From Promethearchaeota archaeon (GTDB taxonomy: Archaea; Asgardarchaeota; Lokiarchaeia; Sigyniarchaeales; SOKP01): a stretch of DNA of 64,000 bases. Numbering within the stretch: position 1 is the first letter of the stretch; each line of letters opens with the position of its first letter. The DNA is taken from positions 38,316 to 102,315 of the forward strand of contig JBHLOC010000012.1 in assembly GCA_048940925.1 (NCBI GenBank). The letters are read 5' to 3'. The notes beneath the pieces were generated by a model. The model did no database searches. It was not told the origin of the DNA and was given only the letters and a program-made list of their open reading frames with translations. Of this stretch, positions 41,444 to 50,592 are shown in pieces. The position numbers and the translations under genes are program-made.

Positions 41444-42724
41444 TTAGAGACTTTTTTTCTTCGGAAAAATCTTAAGTTCATATGAATATTGAATTCCAAG
41501 GATTTTTAATAGATCCTTTCCTTCTTGTAAGAGCTGAATGTTATTAATCTCTCCTTTATACCAGTTATATAGTATACAGTCTTCAAACTTACCTGTTTTT
41601 TTGTTATATTTCCAACTAGGCACGTATCCCCGCGGGTGTAGACCAAATTCAGTAAAAATCTTTTGATGAGTAGGCTTATAGGCAGAAATAAATGCTTCAC
41701 AATAGCGAATATTATATATTTTTCCACATTCTATAAACTTTTGAATAAATACATAGAGTTCCTCTAAACATTTTACATTGTATTGAGTTTTTTCAAAATT
41801 TTGGACCGTGGGTGTATAAAGAAATTTAAAAAAGGAATCAGAATCCTTAAAAGAAAATTTAATAGACTCATATCCAAATCTATCTCTTGAAATTTCTTGC
41901 ATTAGATTATTGTGTAATTCTTTTATTTTTTGAATGTTGAGGTGTAACTCCAGCTTATTTGTATTTATAATCTTACAGGAACCTAGATTATATCGTTTAT
42001 CGGAATAGAGAAATCCGTCAAGTGCTTCAGATAGGATTTGAGGGGATTTCTTGCTTCGCATAGTGGTTAAGGTTCTTTCATCATAACTTAGTATTAGTAA
42101 ATCAGACTCAACTTTATTGTAGAATATATCTTTACAAGGATAAAAAGCAACAGGTCTAAATCCTAACGCACTTAGGAAATACTGTGATTTTGAATGAGCA
42201 GTACGGCATTCCCCGTACCACCTAAAAATTCTATCATAATACTTTTTATACATTGTAATAATTGAGCCCATAGCCATTTTCATGATATCTAGCCTTCCTA
42301 AGAATTTCTTCTTAAGATTAAATCCCCTGACACTTCCCAGCTTTTTATCGAAGTCTAGGATAAAAGTGAAACATCCTACAATTACATGATCCTTGGTTTC
42401 GAATACCAACCATTCAACATTAGGACTATCGAGCATTTTCAGAATTTTTTGCCTATCTTCCATCTCTTTATAGGGATAAGAATTATTATAGACATCTTTA
42501 TAGATGAATATTATTTCATCTATATCTTCAGGCTTAGCATTTCGAATTATAGGATTGATTCTCTTTTTATCGCTCCTTCCTTTAATCTCAAAATCAAGCC
42601 ATGTTCCTTCTTGAAAATCACATTCTGCAAGTTCATCGAAGGATTGTAGAAATTGCTGCGTGAAATTCATAAACATGTCATCATAGGAGATGACTGAGGT
42701 GGTGATCAATTTTTTTGATATCAT
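41444..42724 (-). CDS. GNAT-domain protein (tandem GNAT-like)
   Basis: IRNAKPED, YNNSYPY, ECRTAHSKSQ, LGFRPVAFYP, second GLHPRGYVP. Confidence 0.7.
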   Translation of the reverse strand: MISKKLITTSVISYDDMFMNFTQQFLQSFDELAECDFQEGTWLDFEIKGRSDKKRINPIIRNAKPEDIDEIIFIYKDVYNNSYPYKEMEDRQKILKMLDSPNVEWLVFETKDHVIVGCFTFILDFDKKLGSVRGFNLKKKFLGRLDIMKMAMGSIITMYKKYYDRIFRWYGECRTAHSKSQYFLSALGFRPVAFYPCKDIFYNKVESDLLILSYDERTLTTMRSKKSPQILSEALDGFLYSDKRYNLGSCKIINTNKLELHLNIQKIKELHNNLMQEISRDRFGYESIKFSFKDSDSFFKFLYTPTVQNFEKTQYNVKCLEELYVFIQKFIECGKIYNIRYCEAFISAYKPTHQKIFTEFGLHPRGYVPSWKYNKKTGKFEDCILYNWYKGEINNIQLLQEGKDLLKILGIQYSYELKIFPKKKSL

Positions 42725-42784
42725 AGCTACTATTTTCTCATCTTGTGCGATGTGTTAGAATTACTTAACCCCTTTTTTATCAAA

Positions 42785-42803
42785 TATATTTAAATGAAAA
42801 ATT
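42785..42803 (-). promoter_or_regulatory. T-rich BRE plus TATA promoter motif AATTTTTCATTTAAATATA
   Basis: Upstream of the GNAT gene (start 42724); near-identical to 41138-41156. Confidence 0.55.
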
Positions 42804-42904
42804 GTGGAAGCCCTTAAGGAGATTTTGCCTTTAAATAGCATACACTCTTCTTAAAAAAGGTAAGTTCTTGTTATAAAAAATAATAGGAAAAAATGAAAGA
42901 GAAA

Positions 42905-43261
42905 TTAATTTTGTAATTGGTCTTTTAATCTTTGACAGATATTAGAGATTCTTTTTCCAAGTTCCTCAAATAACGTATCTTTTTCTTCTAATAATCTATT
43001 TTTTTCCTGTAATTGCGTATGAATTTCATGATTAACCGGTTTTGGAGCAAATGAATTATGGTAAAATTGAAATATGCCTTGTAATTGTTCTAATAGATCT
43101 GCACGGAACTCCAATATCTGCCGTTTTACCTCGATAGGTTTACACTGTCCTTTACTGAGACGATCAATACTCTGTCTTAAGTTCTCTAATTCTTCTTCAT
43201 CAAAAATAACCTTTTCTAATGAATTATATAACATTTCATTTTGCGATTTTTGTTTTTCCAT
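42905..43261 (-). CDS. Coiled-coil hypothetical protein, last gene of the membrane operon
   Basis: GGAGG RBS; heptad-rich sequence; 12 nt after the preceding gene. Confidence 0.7.
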   Translation of the reverse strand: MEKQKSQNEMLYNSLEKVIFDEEELENLRQSIDRLSKGQCKPIEVKRQILEFRADLLEQLQGIFQFYHNSFAPKPVNHEIHTQLQEKNRLLEEKDTLFEELGKRISNICQRLKDQLQN

Positions 43262-43273
43262 ATGATTACCTCC

Positions 43274-46200
43274 TTAACTATAAATAAAGTCCTGAATCTC
43301 TTCAAAAAATTGTTTAATTCTATTATATAACTGTGTCGGATCATCCTTTCCAAAGGTAATAATTCTAAAGGAGTCTACATATGCTTGTAATAGTTCCTTA
43401 CGATAGGGAAACTCTTCAAAGCTACTAAGAAGATCGTAAAACATATTTAATTGATTATCTGTAACTAATCCTTCTTCATTATGAAAGTGGGTATACACAT
43501 TAGCTAAATATCTTCTCAAAAAATCATGCTCTATTTTCAATGCTTTCTTATGATTTCCCTTTCGAAGTGCATCCCAGATTAAGTATACCTCATGATAGGA
43601 ATCTGATAACTCACGTTGCAATGCTTTCTTTAGATTCTCTTTCTGGATAATAACTCTTCTGTGCTCGAATGGAGCAGGTGCATCCGCCTCTTTATCCATC
43701 ACTTCAACATTGATCTCTCCGTGAAGTCGTTGTTGAGCCTGATAATAATCTTGTAAAGCTATATTGTATTGTTCTCCGACACGATATGAAGTACGAATGG
43801 ATTGAGAACCACTTGCTTTTCGAGAATGATCTTCTACTAAATAGTGGTGTTTAATAAGAATATCGAGTAATATATCACGTAATTTAGTGATATGCTCTTT
43901 TTTCACTCTTCGCTGTATTGCTTTAGGTGCGATAAATTTTAATAGCTCTTTTTTTAATTTTTCCTTATATAAATTACCTATATTATCTAATTGACTTAAT
44001 GATGAAAGAAAGTCCATAATTTCTTTACGATACCCCATATAATTGCCTAAATCAATCTCAAAGATAGTTTGATGGGCGTGTTCCAAAAGTCTCCTTTCTG
44101 CATCCCTTAAATCATACCCCTGTGTTCTCATAAATGGAACGATTTCTTCATAAGGGAGTGGATGTTTTTTCACAATATCATCATATTCGAGTTGCACTGG
44201 AAACGCTTGATATATATCTTCTCTTTTGATTAAAGCTTTACAATTATTAAGATTCTTAAGATAATCAAGTTGATAGGTATTATTCCGTTTGGAACTGTAA
44301 TAGCCTGTTCCCACCAATTCTTGAAGATTCATCAAGTTTTTTAATAATGAAATGTCTCGATTATCAACTGCTTTAAACACCATGATATTAGGAAAATAGT
44401 TGAATACATTTTGATGTATGCTATGGACTTGATTTGCAGAATATACTACTCCGAATCCATGTTGACGTAAAGATCCTAAGAATTTGTCAATTTTACCATA
44501 ATGAGACTGTGTTGTTATATATCTGGAATCAAAGAATATATCAATACTAGGCATAAATATAATTTTTGGAATATACCCATCATTTGTCGTAATATAATGA
44601 ATGAGTTTGGAGACAATCAAAAATGCAAAGAATAACTGGGTGCTAAATTCATTCGTAATAGAAAGATCTACAATAACAGTTTTATCTGTCTTTATAAAAT
44701 CAGAGGATAGCACCTTGGATGCTGTAGCATTTAAGCATAATATAAGGTCTTCTTGCGTTAAATCAGAAAATACAGATCCTAATGCCATATTTGGTGGTCG
44801 TTTCTCCCAATCGCTTTGTGTTCTTATTTCTAAATTAAGTGAAGGAAGATCCATTTCAGGATTTTTTAATATTGTATTTCTAAACATTTCAATAGTTCGC
44901 TTGTCCTTTCGAAATGCTAATCCATAGACATCAAATAGAAATTCTTGGTATTTGCTATTGCTAAGATCATAAGGAATATCAGATCGTAAGGGATCTAAGC
45001 TGAATGAAGTTCCTAGTTTGAAATAGAGGAGTTCTTTCTCAAATTGGGTACCTTCAAAAAAGGAGATCAGTTTGGACCATCTCCCTGAAAAATCAAATAT
45101 AAGAGAAGGGATTTTGGCTTGGATTAATTCAGCAGCAATTTTCATAGAGGTATGTTCTCTCTCTTCAGATGTCCCATTTACGATGAGAAGCTGTCTTAAC
45201 TGATTTAACGTAAATCCGAAGGGAATTTCTGTTTCTAATATTTCTGTATTGAGTGTATGACCAAGAGTAATGAAATTTTTCAAGTGTAAAGGAGTGTTGA
45301 ATTCTGCCCCTATTCGTGTCTCTACACCTTTCTTATATTCATCAGAAATCTCAACCAACTTATTTAGAGTTTTTCCTTGCAGGATTAAGTATTGTAAGTG
45401 AGTACCACTTAACTTATAGTTATATGTCTTAAGGGTAGAGCATAAATATCCTGAGATTAGTTTACGTTTATGAAGAGGCATAAGCCGTAGTCCATTAAAA
45501 TTGGAGATAAACGCATGAGCAATTGCTTTACTCTTTTCATTAAGCTCATGTTCTAAATGAAGCATGTTTCGTACTCGCACTCGTCTGATATACTTACGAT
45601 TTGAGACTGATAACAGGAGCATAGATTCCCATAGCCCAGAACGCATAGTTGCCCATCGATGTTCTATGCTCGTAATTTCTCTTTTCTTTCTTCTCACCTT
45701 TTTTCTTAAATATTTATCCCATAGATAATAACGAGTAAAATCAAACCAATGTTGCGCTCTTGTATTAAGATGTTTAAAACAGGCTCTTTCAAACCGAGCT
45801 ATACTTATAGGTGTATTACATACCGTATATCCGAATGGAACTTTCTGAATCATTGCCGATTGAGTAAAGCTGTTCGCATGAGCAATGAGAGACGGACAAT
45901 ACTCATCTAAATTATACATTCTAAGATTTACCAGCATTTCATCGTTAATATGAAGAAAAATACTGGTAGGAATTCTGCTTGAAAAGTGGAATTTTATATC
46001 CGAAAATGGGTGTATAACAGTAAAATCTTTATTGTGGAGAAATAAAGTTTGAGAACCATGAAATAATAGCCCTCTCCACCATAGCCATATAATTCCAAAT
46101 ATTATTATAAAATTAATTGGAATAATGTAGAGAAAAAAACCAAGAATAATAAGAAATACATCTAAGTAGAAGATTACTATTGTGATAAAAATGATTTTAA

Positions 46201-47062
46201 ATCCTACTATCGAATTTTTTGGCTTAATAGTCTGTTCAGAAGCTTTAATAGGAATACTTTCTTTAAAGAAAAATGTACGTATACCATTTATTAACTCATC
46301 TCCTGAAAGTAATGTTATTTTGAAGTGATGGAAATTTGACGCAAATAAATTACGAAAGATTGCCTGATATTCGTATATTTTACTCTGTAAAAGATCAATT
46401 TTAAATTGTCGTAGAAACCCACGAATAGAAGAATGAATGCAAAAATAAATATAAGTCTTATAAGATCCCTGTGATCTTGTCTGAGTGCGTTGATTTTCAC
46501 TACTAGAAAGGTGAATCATCGGAATATGAATAACTTGATAAGTAAAGGGAATTAATTTACCGAGATCACTTAAGGTTTTAATATAGGTATTGGTAGTCTC
46601 ATGGACGTTTTCAGGGATAACCTCAATTTTAAACAATTGTATTGCAATATGAGTTAAATCTTCTTTATTCGTAACATAGAGGGTTGGGGTATCCCTTTTT
46701 TTCTGCCAAAATATGAAGTTAGAAAAGGGATTAAACATGAAGGATTTTCGAAAGGTAAATGAAATAAGATTTACGAAATTATAGCATTGGTCATAAAACG
46801 CTACAAGAAAAAACAGTAAGAATAGAACTCCTATGCTTACCGCAATATATAGTGGGATACCAACAAGATATGTAATAACTATAATAGACATTATTAGCAC
46901 TAAAAGGGAGATAGCTCTAATACTTGAAAAAGTGGTATTAATATGCTTAGGTTGAGGAGGTGTCCTCCAAATATTTAGGTAATCTTTATCTATCTCAAAT
47001 TCTACATTTCTCTTTAAGGTATATTTTTTCTTCTGGAATTTAGGCTCTTCTGACTCAATCAT
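43274..47062 (-). CDS. Membrane-bound VirB4/HerA(FtsK)-like protein with degenerate ATPase motifs
   Basis: Two TM hairpins each followed by an alpha/beta domain; ITLG...FGFTLNQLRQLLIVNGTSEEREHT, IPSLIFDFSGRW, LDPL, TVIVDLS, LRQHGFGVVYSANQ. Confidence 0.72.
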   Translation of the reverse strand: MIESEEPKFQKKKYTLKRNVEFEIDKDYLNIWRTPPQPKHINTTFSSIRAISLLVLIMSIIVITYLVGIPLYIAVSIGVLFLLFFLVAFYDQCYNFVNLISFTFRKSFMFNPFSNFIFWQKKRDTPTLYVTNKEDLTHIAIQLFKIEVIPENVHETTNTYIKTLSDLGKLIPFTYQVIHIPMIHLSSSENQRTQTRSQGSYKTYIYFCIHSSIRGFLRQFKIDLLQSKIYEYQAIFRNLFASNFHHFKITLLSGDELINGIRTFFFKESIPIKASEQTIKPKNSIVGFKIIFITIVIFYLDVFLIILGFFLYIIPINFIIIFGIIWLWWRGLLFHGSQTLFLHNKDFTVIHPFSDIKFHFSSRIPTSIFLHINDEMLVNLRMYNLDEYCPSLIAHANSFTQSAMIQKVPFGYTVCNTPISIARFERACFKHLNTRAQHWFDFTRYYLWDKYLRKKVRRKKREITSIEHRWATMRSGLWESMLLLSVSNRKYIRRVRVRNMLHLEHELNEKSKAIAHAFISNFNGLRLMPLHKRKLISGYLCSTLKTYNYKLSGTHLQYLILQGKTLNKLVEISDEYKKGVETRIGAEFNTPLHLKNFITLGHTLNTEILETEIPFGFTLNQLRQLLIVNGTSEEREHTSMKIAAELIQAKIPSLIFDFSGRWSKLISFFEGTQFEKELLYFKLGTSFSLDPLRSDIPYDLSNSKYQEFLFDVYGLAFRKDKRTIEMFRNTILKNPEMDLPSLNLEIRTQSDWEKRPPNMALGSVFSDLTQEDLILCLNATASKVLSSDFIKTDKTVIVDLSITNEFSTQLFFAFLIVSKLIHYITTNDGYIPKIIFMPSIDIFFDSRYITTQSHYGKIDKFLGSLRQHGFGVVYSANQVHSIHQNVFNYFPNIMVFKAVDNRDISLLKNLMNLQELVGTGYYSSKRNNTYQLDYLKNLNNCKALIKREDIYQAFPVQLEYDDIVKKHPLPYEEIVPFMRTQGYDLRDAERRLLEHAHQTIFEIDLGNYMGYRKEIMDFLSSLSQLDNIGNLYKEKLKKELLKFIAPKAIQRRVKKEHITKLRDILLDILIKHHYLVEDHSRKASGSQSIRTSYRVGEQYNIALQDYYQAQQRLHGEINVEVMDKEADAPAPFEHRRVIIQKENLKKALQRELSDSYHEVYLIWDALRKGNHKKALKIEHDFLRRYLANVYTHFHNEEGLVTDNQLNMFYDLLSSFEEFPYRKELLQAYVDSFRIITFGKDDPTQLYNRIKQFFEEIQDFIYS

Positions 47063-47900
47063 GGTTTATATCCTCTGTGGTTCTACTATTTTTCTTATAT
47101 AATATATAGAGTAGGATACAGGGCACAAAACAGATGGGACCCAATAATCCAAACACTCCTATGGTACTCGGTTGCATAATCATTTGTAATAACATTAATA
47201 GACTAAACATGAAGAATAACAACCCTACGCCAAAAACAAAATAAGAAAACATATGAGTCTGAGAACGCTGATAAGAGATATTATCCTTGAGAGTACCCTC
47301 AACGATGATTTTTCTACTTTTATGATTAGTAAGGGTATCTTTCATGGTCTTTAAATGAATTGCAGTTTTTAGGGTATTGGCATCCAGTCTTCTTGTATTT
47401 CCCTTTAACAATTGGGTCTCCTGTTGCTGGATTTTTTGTAATAATAACGGGTGAAGGAGATCATCATTTTTCCTTTTTTTCTGGGCCATCGAGGATAAAA
47501 ATGAAAACAAATTGCCAGGAGTCGTTATTGTAAGATCTTCTACTTGTAGGGTCTCATGCAAATTGGGTATATCTAATTTTAATAATTCAAAATAGTTAGC
47601 AAAGATTGTCTTGATATAATCGAGCGGTACATTACCCTGTGACTTTAAGAATACCTGCTCACATTCTTGTATGGAATAGAGAAGATCATCAGGAAAAATC
47701 TGGATCTTGAGATTCTTTAAGAATACCTCATTTATCATCCTCATATATTCAAAAAGTGTCTCGTGTTTATTCTTATTACAAGCTCTCATTCCTAATTTAA
47801 TCCCAAATTCATTGAGCTTATTATTGGTAAGAATTATCCCAACCCACGCTAATTTCTTATAATTATGGGTTCTCATACAAACTAAGATCAAATTCTTCAA
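47055..47900 (-). CDS. Hypothetical protein, soluble N-terminal domain plus two C-terminal TM helices
   Basis: TTG start; overlaps the next gene by 8 nt; hydrophobic hairpin near the C-terminus. Confidence 0.7.
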   Translation of the reverse strand: MKNLILVCMRTHNYKKLAWVGIILTNNKLNEFGIKLGMRACNKNKHETLFEYMRMINEVFLKNLKIQIFPDDLLYSIQECEQVFLKSQGNVPLDYIKTIFANYFELLKLDIPNLHETLQVEDLTITTPGNLFSFLSSMAQKKRKNDDLLHPLLLQKIQQQETQLLKGNTRRLDANTLKTAIHLKTMKDTLTNHKSRKIIVEGTLKDNISYQRSQTHMFSYFVFGVGLLFFMFSLLMLLQMIMQPSTIGVFGLLGPICFVPCILLYILYKKNSRTTEDINHD

Positions 47901-47911
47901 TTTCGTGGTAT

Positions 47912-48553
47912 TTATGATTTTAACTTCACCTCCTCTTCAGCCAACAATTTATCTAAATCTAAAGGCTCTTGAGCATTCAAGATGGTCTGCTCAACAGTCT
48001 TCTCCTTCTTGTCAAAACGTCGTATCGTTTGATAATGGAAGGAAGCATAGGGAGTGATTAAAACAAAAGCAATAATTTGGGCAATATATCCCGGACCAAT
48101 TGCACAAAAATGAAGAGAATGAGTCTGTAAATCCTCATAATAGGCAAAAGGAAAGTTGAGATCTCTAGGTATAAAAAACAATAAGGGAAATGCAAACAAA
48201 TTGATAAAAATTAAACTCCAGATACATATAGTAATCCAAGAGGAGAATATGATCCTATCGTGATTTTTATCAGTGTCAATATCTCTAAAGAGGACATCAT
48301 AGAAGGCCAAAATAATAATAATAATTGAAATAATTGCAATGAAAAAAGCTTCAGGAATTTCATACTGGTCTGTAAGGATATTGGGTTGTGTGGTGTGAAT
48401 AGACCATCCAAAAACCATGCTGAAATGCCCTGTCACGATTACTTCATGAAAAGCACCATAGATATAAAAGGAATACCAATCTAAGAATAATGATGCTAAG
48501 AATAAAATAAGACCTATGATAAAACACTTCTTAAATGTATCTTTTTGGGTCAT
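47912..48553 (-). CDS. Four-TM membrane protein (claudin-like topology possible)
   Basis: TM1-LDWY, extracellular loop, TM2/TM3, loop, GPGY-TM4, charged tail. Confidence 0.7.
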   Translation of the reverse strand: MTQKDTFKKCFIIGLILFLASLFLDWYSFYIYGAFHEVIVTGHFSMVFGWSIHTTQPNILTDQYEIPEAFFIAIISIIIIILAFYDVLFRDIDTDKNHDRIIFSSWITICIWSLIFINLFAFPLLFFIPRDLNFPFAYYEDLQTHSLHFCAIGPGYIAQIIAFVLITPYASFHYQTIRRFDKKEKTVEQTILNAQEPLDLDKLLAEEEVKLKS

Positions 48554-48556
48554 GAC

Positions 48557-50332
48557 TCACTCATTTAAAAACCTACTATATTTTCGAATAACTTTTTCTT
48601 TGTGGGTTGGTTGCCCTTCAAAAAACTTATCGTTTTGTACGATTTCTCTCAATTTAGATTTGGTATACAAATCTTCAGCATAAGTCTCTTCTATTTTGGA
48701 AATCACTTGAGTCTCAACAGTAGTATCAATACATTCATAGGAAAACTGAGCCATCAGTTCAGCAGAAAGCTGTTCATTAATTAGAATAAGGACTGAATCA
48801 TCTAGAATTTGGCGATAATACGGTAATGATGTCTTATCGAATATCATAGATTTATTTTGTAGATATCTAATATAAATAAAGGTTACTACACCTAAATATA
48901 TCCCAATTAAGCAGTATCCGAATATCGTTATGAAATTTAATAGAAAAAATGTTTGGAAAAGTATGAGAAGGAGAGCCACAAACCCAAAGCTTAGGATTGG
49001 TATAGAAGAATAGCGTATTTTCTCAATAAAATTATCTCGAATCTCATCATATTCAGCTGCTAGATCCTCACTTTCAGAAAACTCTTCTATAAGAGAATAT
49101 TTGCGTTCTAGAAAATCAAGAATTTCAGGGAGTTGAGCTAGTTCGATAACATGAATGTTTGTAGATTTATGATAGGCAAAAGGAATAACTTTATCTAAGA
49201 ACCCAACAGAACCAAGACACACAAGTAAAGGTTCAAGCAGTATTTTATATTGTAAGGGTCCATTTCGATATAATACCTTTTTAAAAAGAATTGATTTCTC
49301 CACCGATATCTCAAGTTTAAGAAAGTTAGTGAGCATCTGAGAGAATTGTCCTGAATTCATCAAATCATTTAGCATAACTTGGCATACTTTAGATAATTTG
49401 GTAAGGTAGGTGGTACAAACTTTCTTTATTGAAGGTTCCTCTTTCTTTACCTCACCCTCATAATCAATATGCGCCTGGGATATTTTTATTTTTCCTGTGA
49501 ATGAACTAAACTTAATAGGAAGTATAAGTAATAATTCCAGCATTTCATTTAATCTGAGCTGCTTTACCGCAATTGCATCAACAGTTGTAAATAGAGTTCC
49601 AGATTTAGGAAGAATATGATAATCTAAGGATTTTAATTCTGAATTTAATCGCGTAAGGAATTCTTGTCTTTCAATTTTTTCTGGGTGAATTACTACTGGT
49701 TTTTTTATTACTTCTTGGATTTTGGGAATGCTTTCTTCTTTAGGAATTTCATAAGTAATAGACTCTTCTTGAACAGGAGGAGTCATCACAGCTTTTATAG
49801 TGGAATTTACTCTATTGGGATGAGGATAGCTTTTTCCTAACTGTGAGATCTTAAATTTCTCTTCAAACCACGGTTTAAGTTCTTTTATATCCTCTACAGG
49901 TTCAACTTCATATTCTCTACCCTCCTTCTCAACAGTATCATAATAATATTCGGGTTCCTCATATTCAATCAAATCCTTTTCATCATGAGCTAGTTCAGAA
50001 TGCTCGGAGGCAGAATACTCATTTAAAGTTTTAAGACTACTAAACGACTTTGCAGCTCCAATAATTTTTTGAGCTGATTTCTCTCCAATCCCCTCAACTT
50101 CAGCTACTTGAGCTATGGTACTATTAGCTATCTTCTCAATCGAATCAAACCCATAGCGAAGAAGTCGCTCAGCAGTAGTTGACCCTACATATTTTAACTT
50201 AGTAATATCATTTTTTGCGGTAGCGCTTGCAATGAAAGCATTATCAATGGGTCTAGTCTCTTTATCCTCTTTTTCGGTTTCACCGTCAGTTAAATCTAAC
50301 GCATTATCAATTATTTTATCATGTTCTGTCAT
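48557..50332 (-). CDS. Membrane-anchored helix-hairpin-helix DNA-binding protein
   Basis: LKYVGSTTAERL and VEGIGEKSAQKI double HhH (RadA-N-like), acidic linker, central alpha/beta domain, two TM helices. Confidence 0.78.
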   Translation of the reverse strand: MTEHDKIIDNALDLTDGETEKEDKETRPIDNAFIASATAKNDITKLKYVGSTTAERLLRYGFDSIEKIANSTIAQVAEVEGIGEKSAQKIIGAAKSFSSLKTLNEYSASEHSELAHDEKDLIEYEEPEYYYDTVEKEGREYEVEPVEDIKELKPWFEEKFKISQLGKSYPHPNRVNSTIKAVMTPPVQEESITYEIPKEESIPKIQEVIKKPVVIHPEKIERQEFLTRLNSELKSLDYHILPKSGTLFTTVDAIAVKQLRLNEMLELLLILPIKFSSFTGKIKISQAHIDYEGEVKKEEPSIKKVCTTYLTKLSKVCQVMLNDLMNSGQFSQMLTNFLKLEISVEKSILFKKVLYRNGPLQYKILLEPLLVCLGSVGFLDKVIPFAYHKSTNIHVIELAQLPEILDFLERKYSLIEEFSESEDLAAEYDEIRDNFIEKIRYSSIPILSFGFVALLLILFQTFFLLNFITIFGYCLIGIYLGVVTFIYIRYLQNKSMIFDKTSLPYYRQILDDSVLILINEQLSAELMAQFSYECIDTTVETQVISKIEETYAEDLYTKSKLREIVQNDKFFEGQPTHKEKVIRKYSRFLNE

Positions 50333-50357
50333 AGGTCTAGTATCATTATAGCCAGAC

Positions 50358-50374
50358 TTTATAAAGGAAAAAAA
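50358..50374 (-). promoter_or_regulatory. Promoter of the membrane operon (TTTTTTTCCTTTATAAA), leaderless spacing
   Basis: TATA box ends 25 nt upstream of ATG 50332. Confidence 0.55.
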
Positions 50375-50455
50375 GGTAAACCGAAAATTTTTATTTATAA
50401 ATATCCACTACTATCATGAAATAGGACGGAAATATTAGTATTTCAAATAAGATAA

Positions 50456-50574
50456 GTTTCCTGCTAGCACCCTGGATTTTTGTCTTTTAGTAGTGTAAAT
50501 TTTTACACTCTGATTTCGCCCTCCTCCCCCTTGAACGTTTAATGGAGCGGTATTGCTCCGAGCTAGCAGGAAAC
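50456..50574. ncRNA. Candidate structured RNA or cruciform element (119 nt)
   Basis: Perfect 13-bp terminal inverted repeat GTTTCCTGCTAGC/GCTAGCAGGAAAC with internal hairpins at 50492-50509 and 50544-50559; GC-richer than its flanks. Confidence 0.5.
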
Positions 50575-50592
50575 GCCTTTTAACCAAGAAAT

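Noticed and set aside
50456-50574. tRNA, 5S rRNA or SECIS identity for the structured element
   Set aside because: No cloverleaf or 5S conserved loops, and no adjacent gene with an in-frame TGA at a catalytic Cys position
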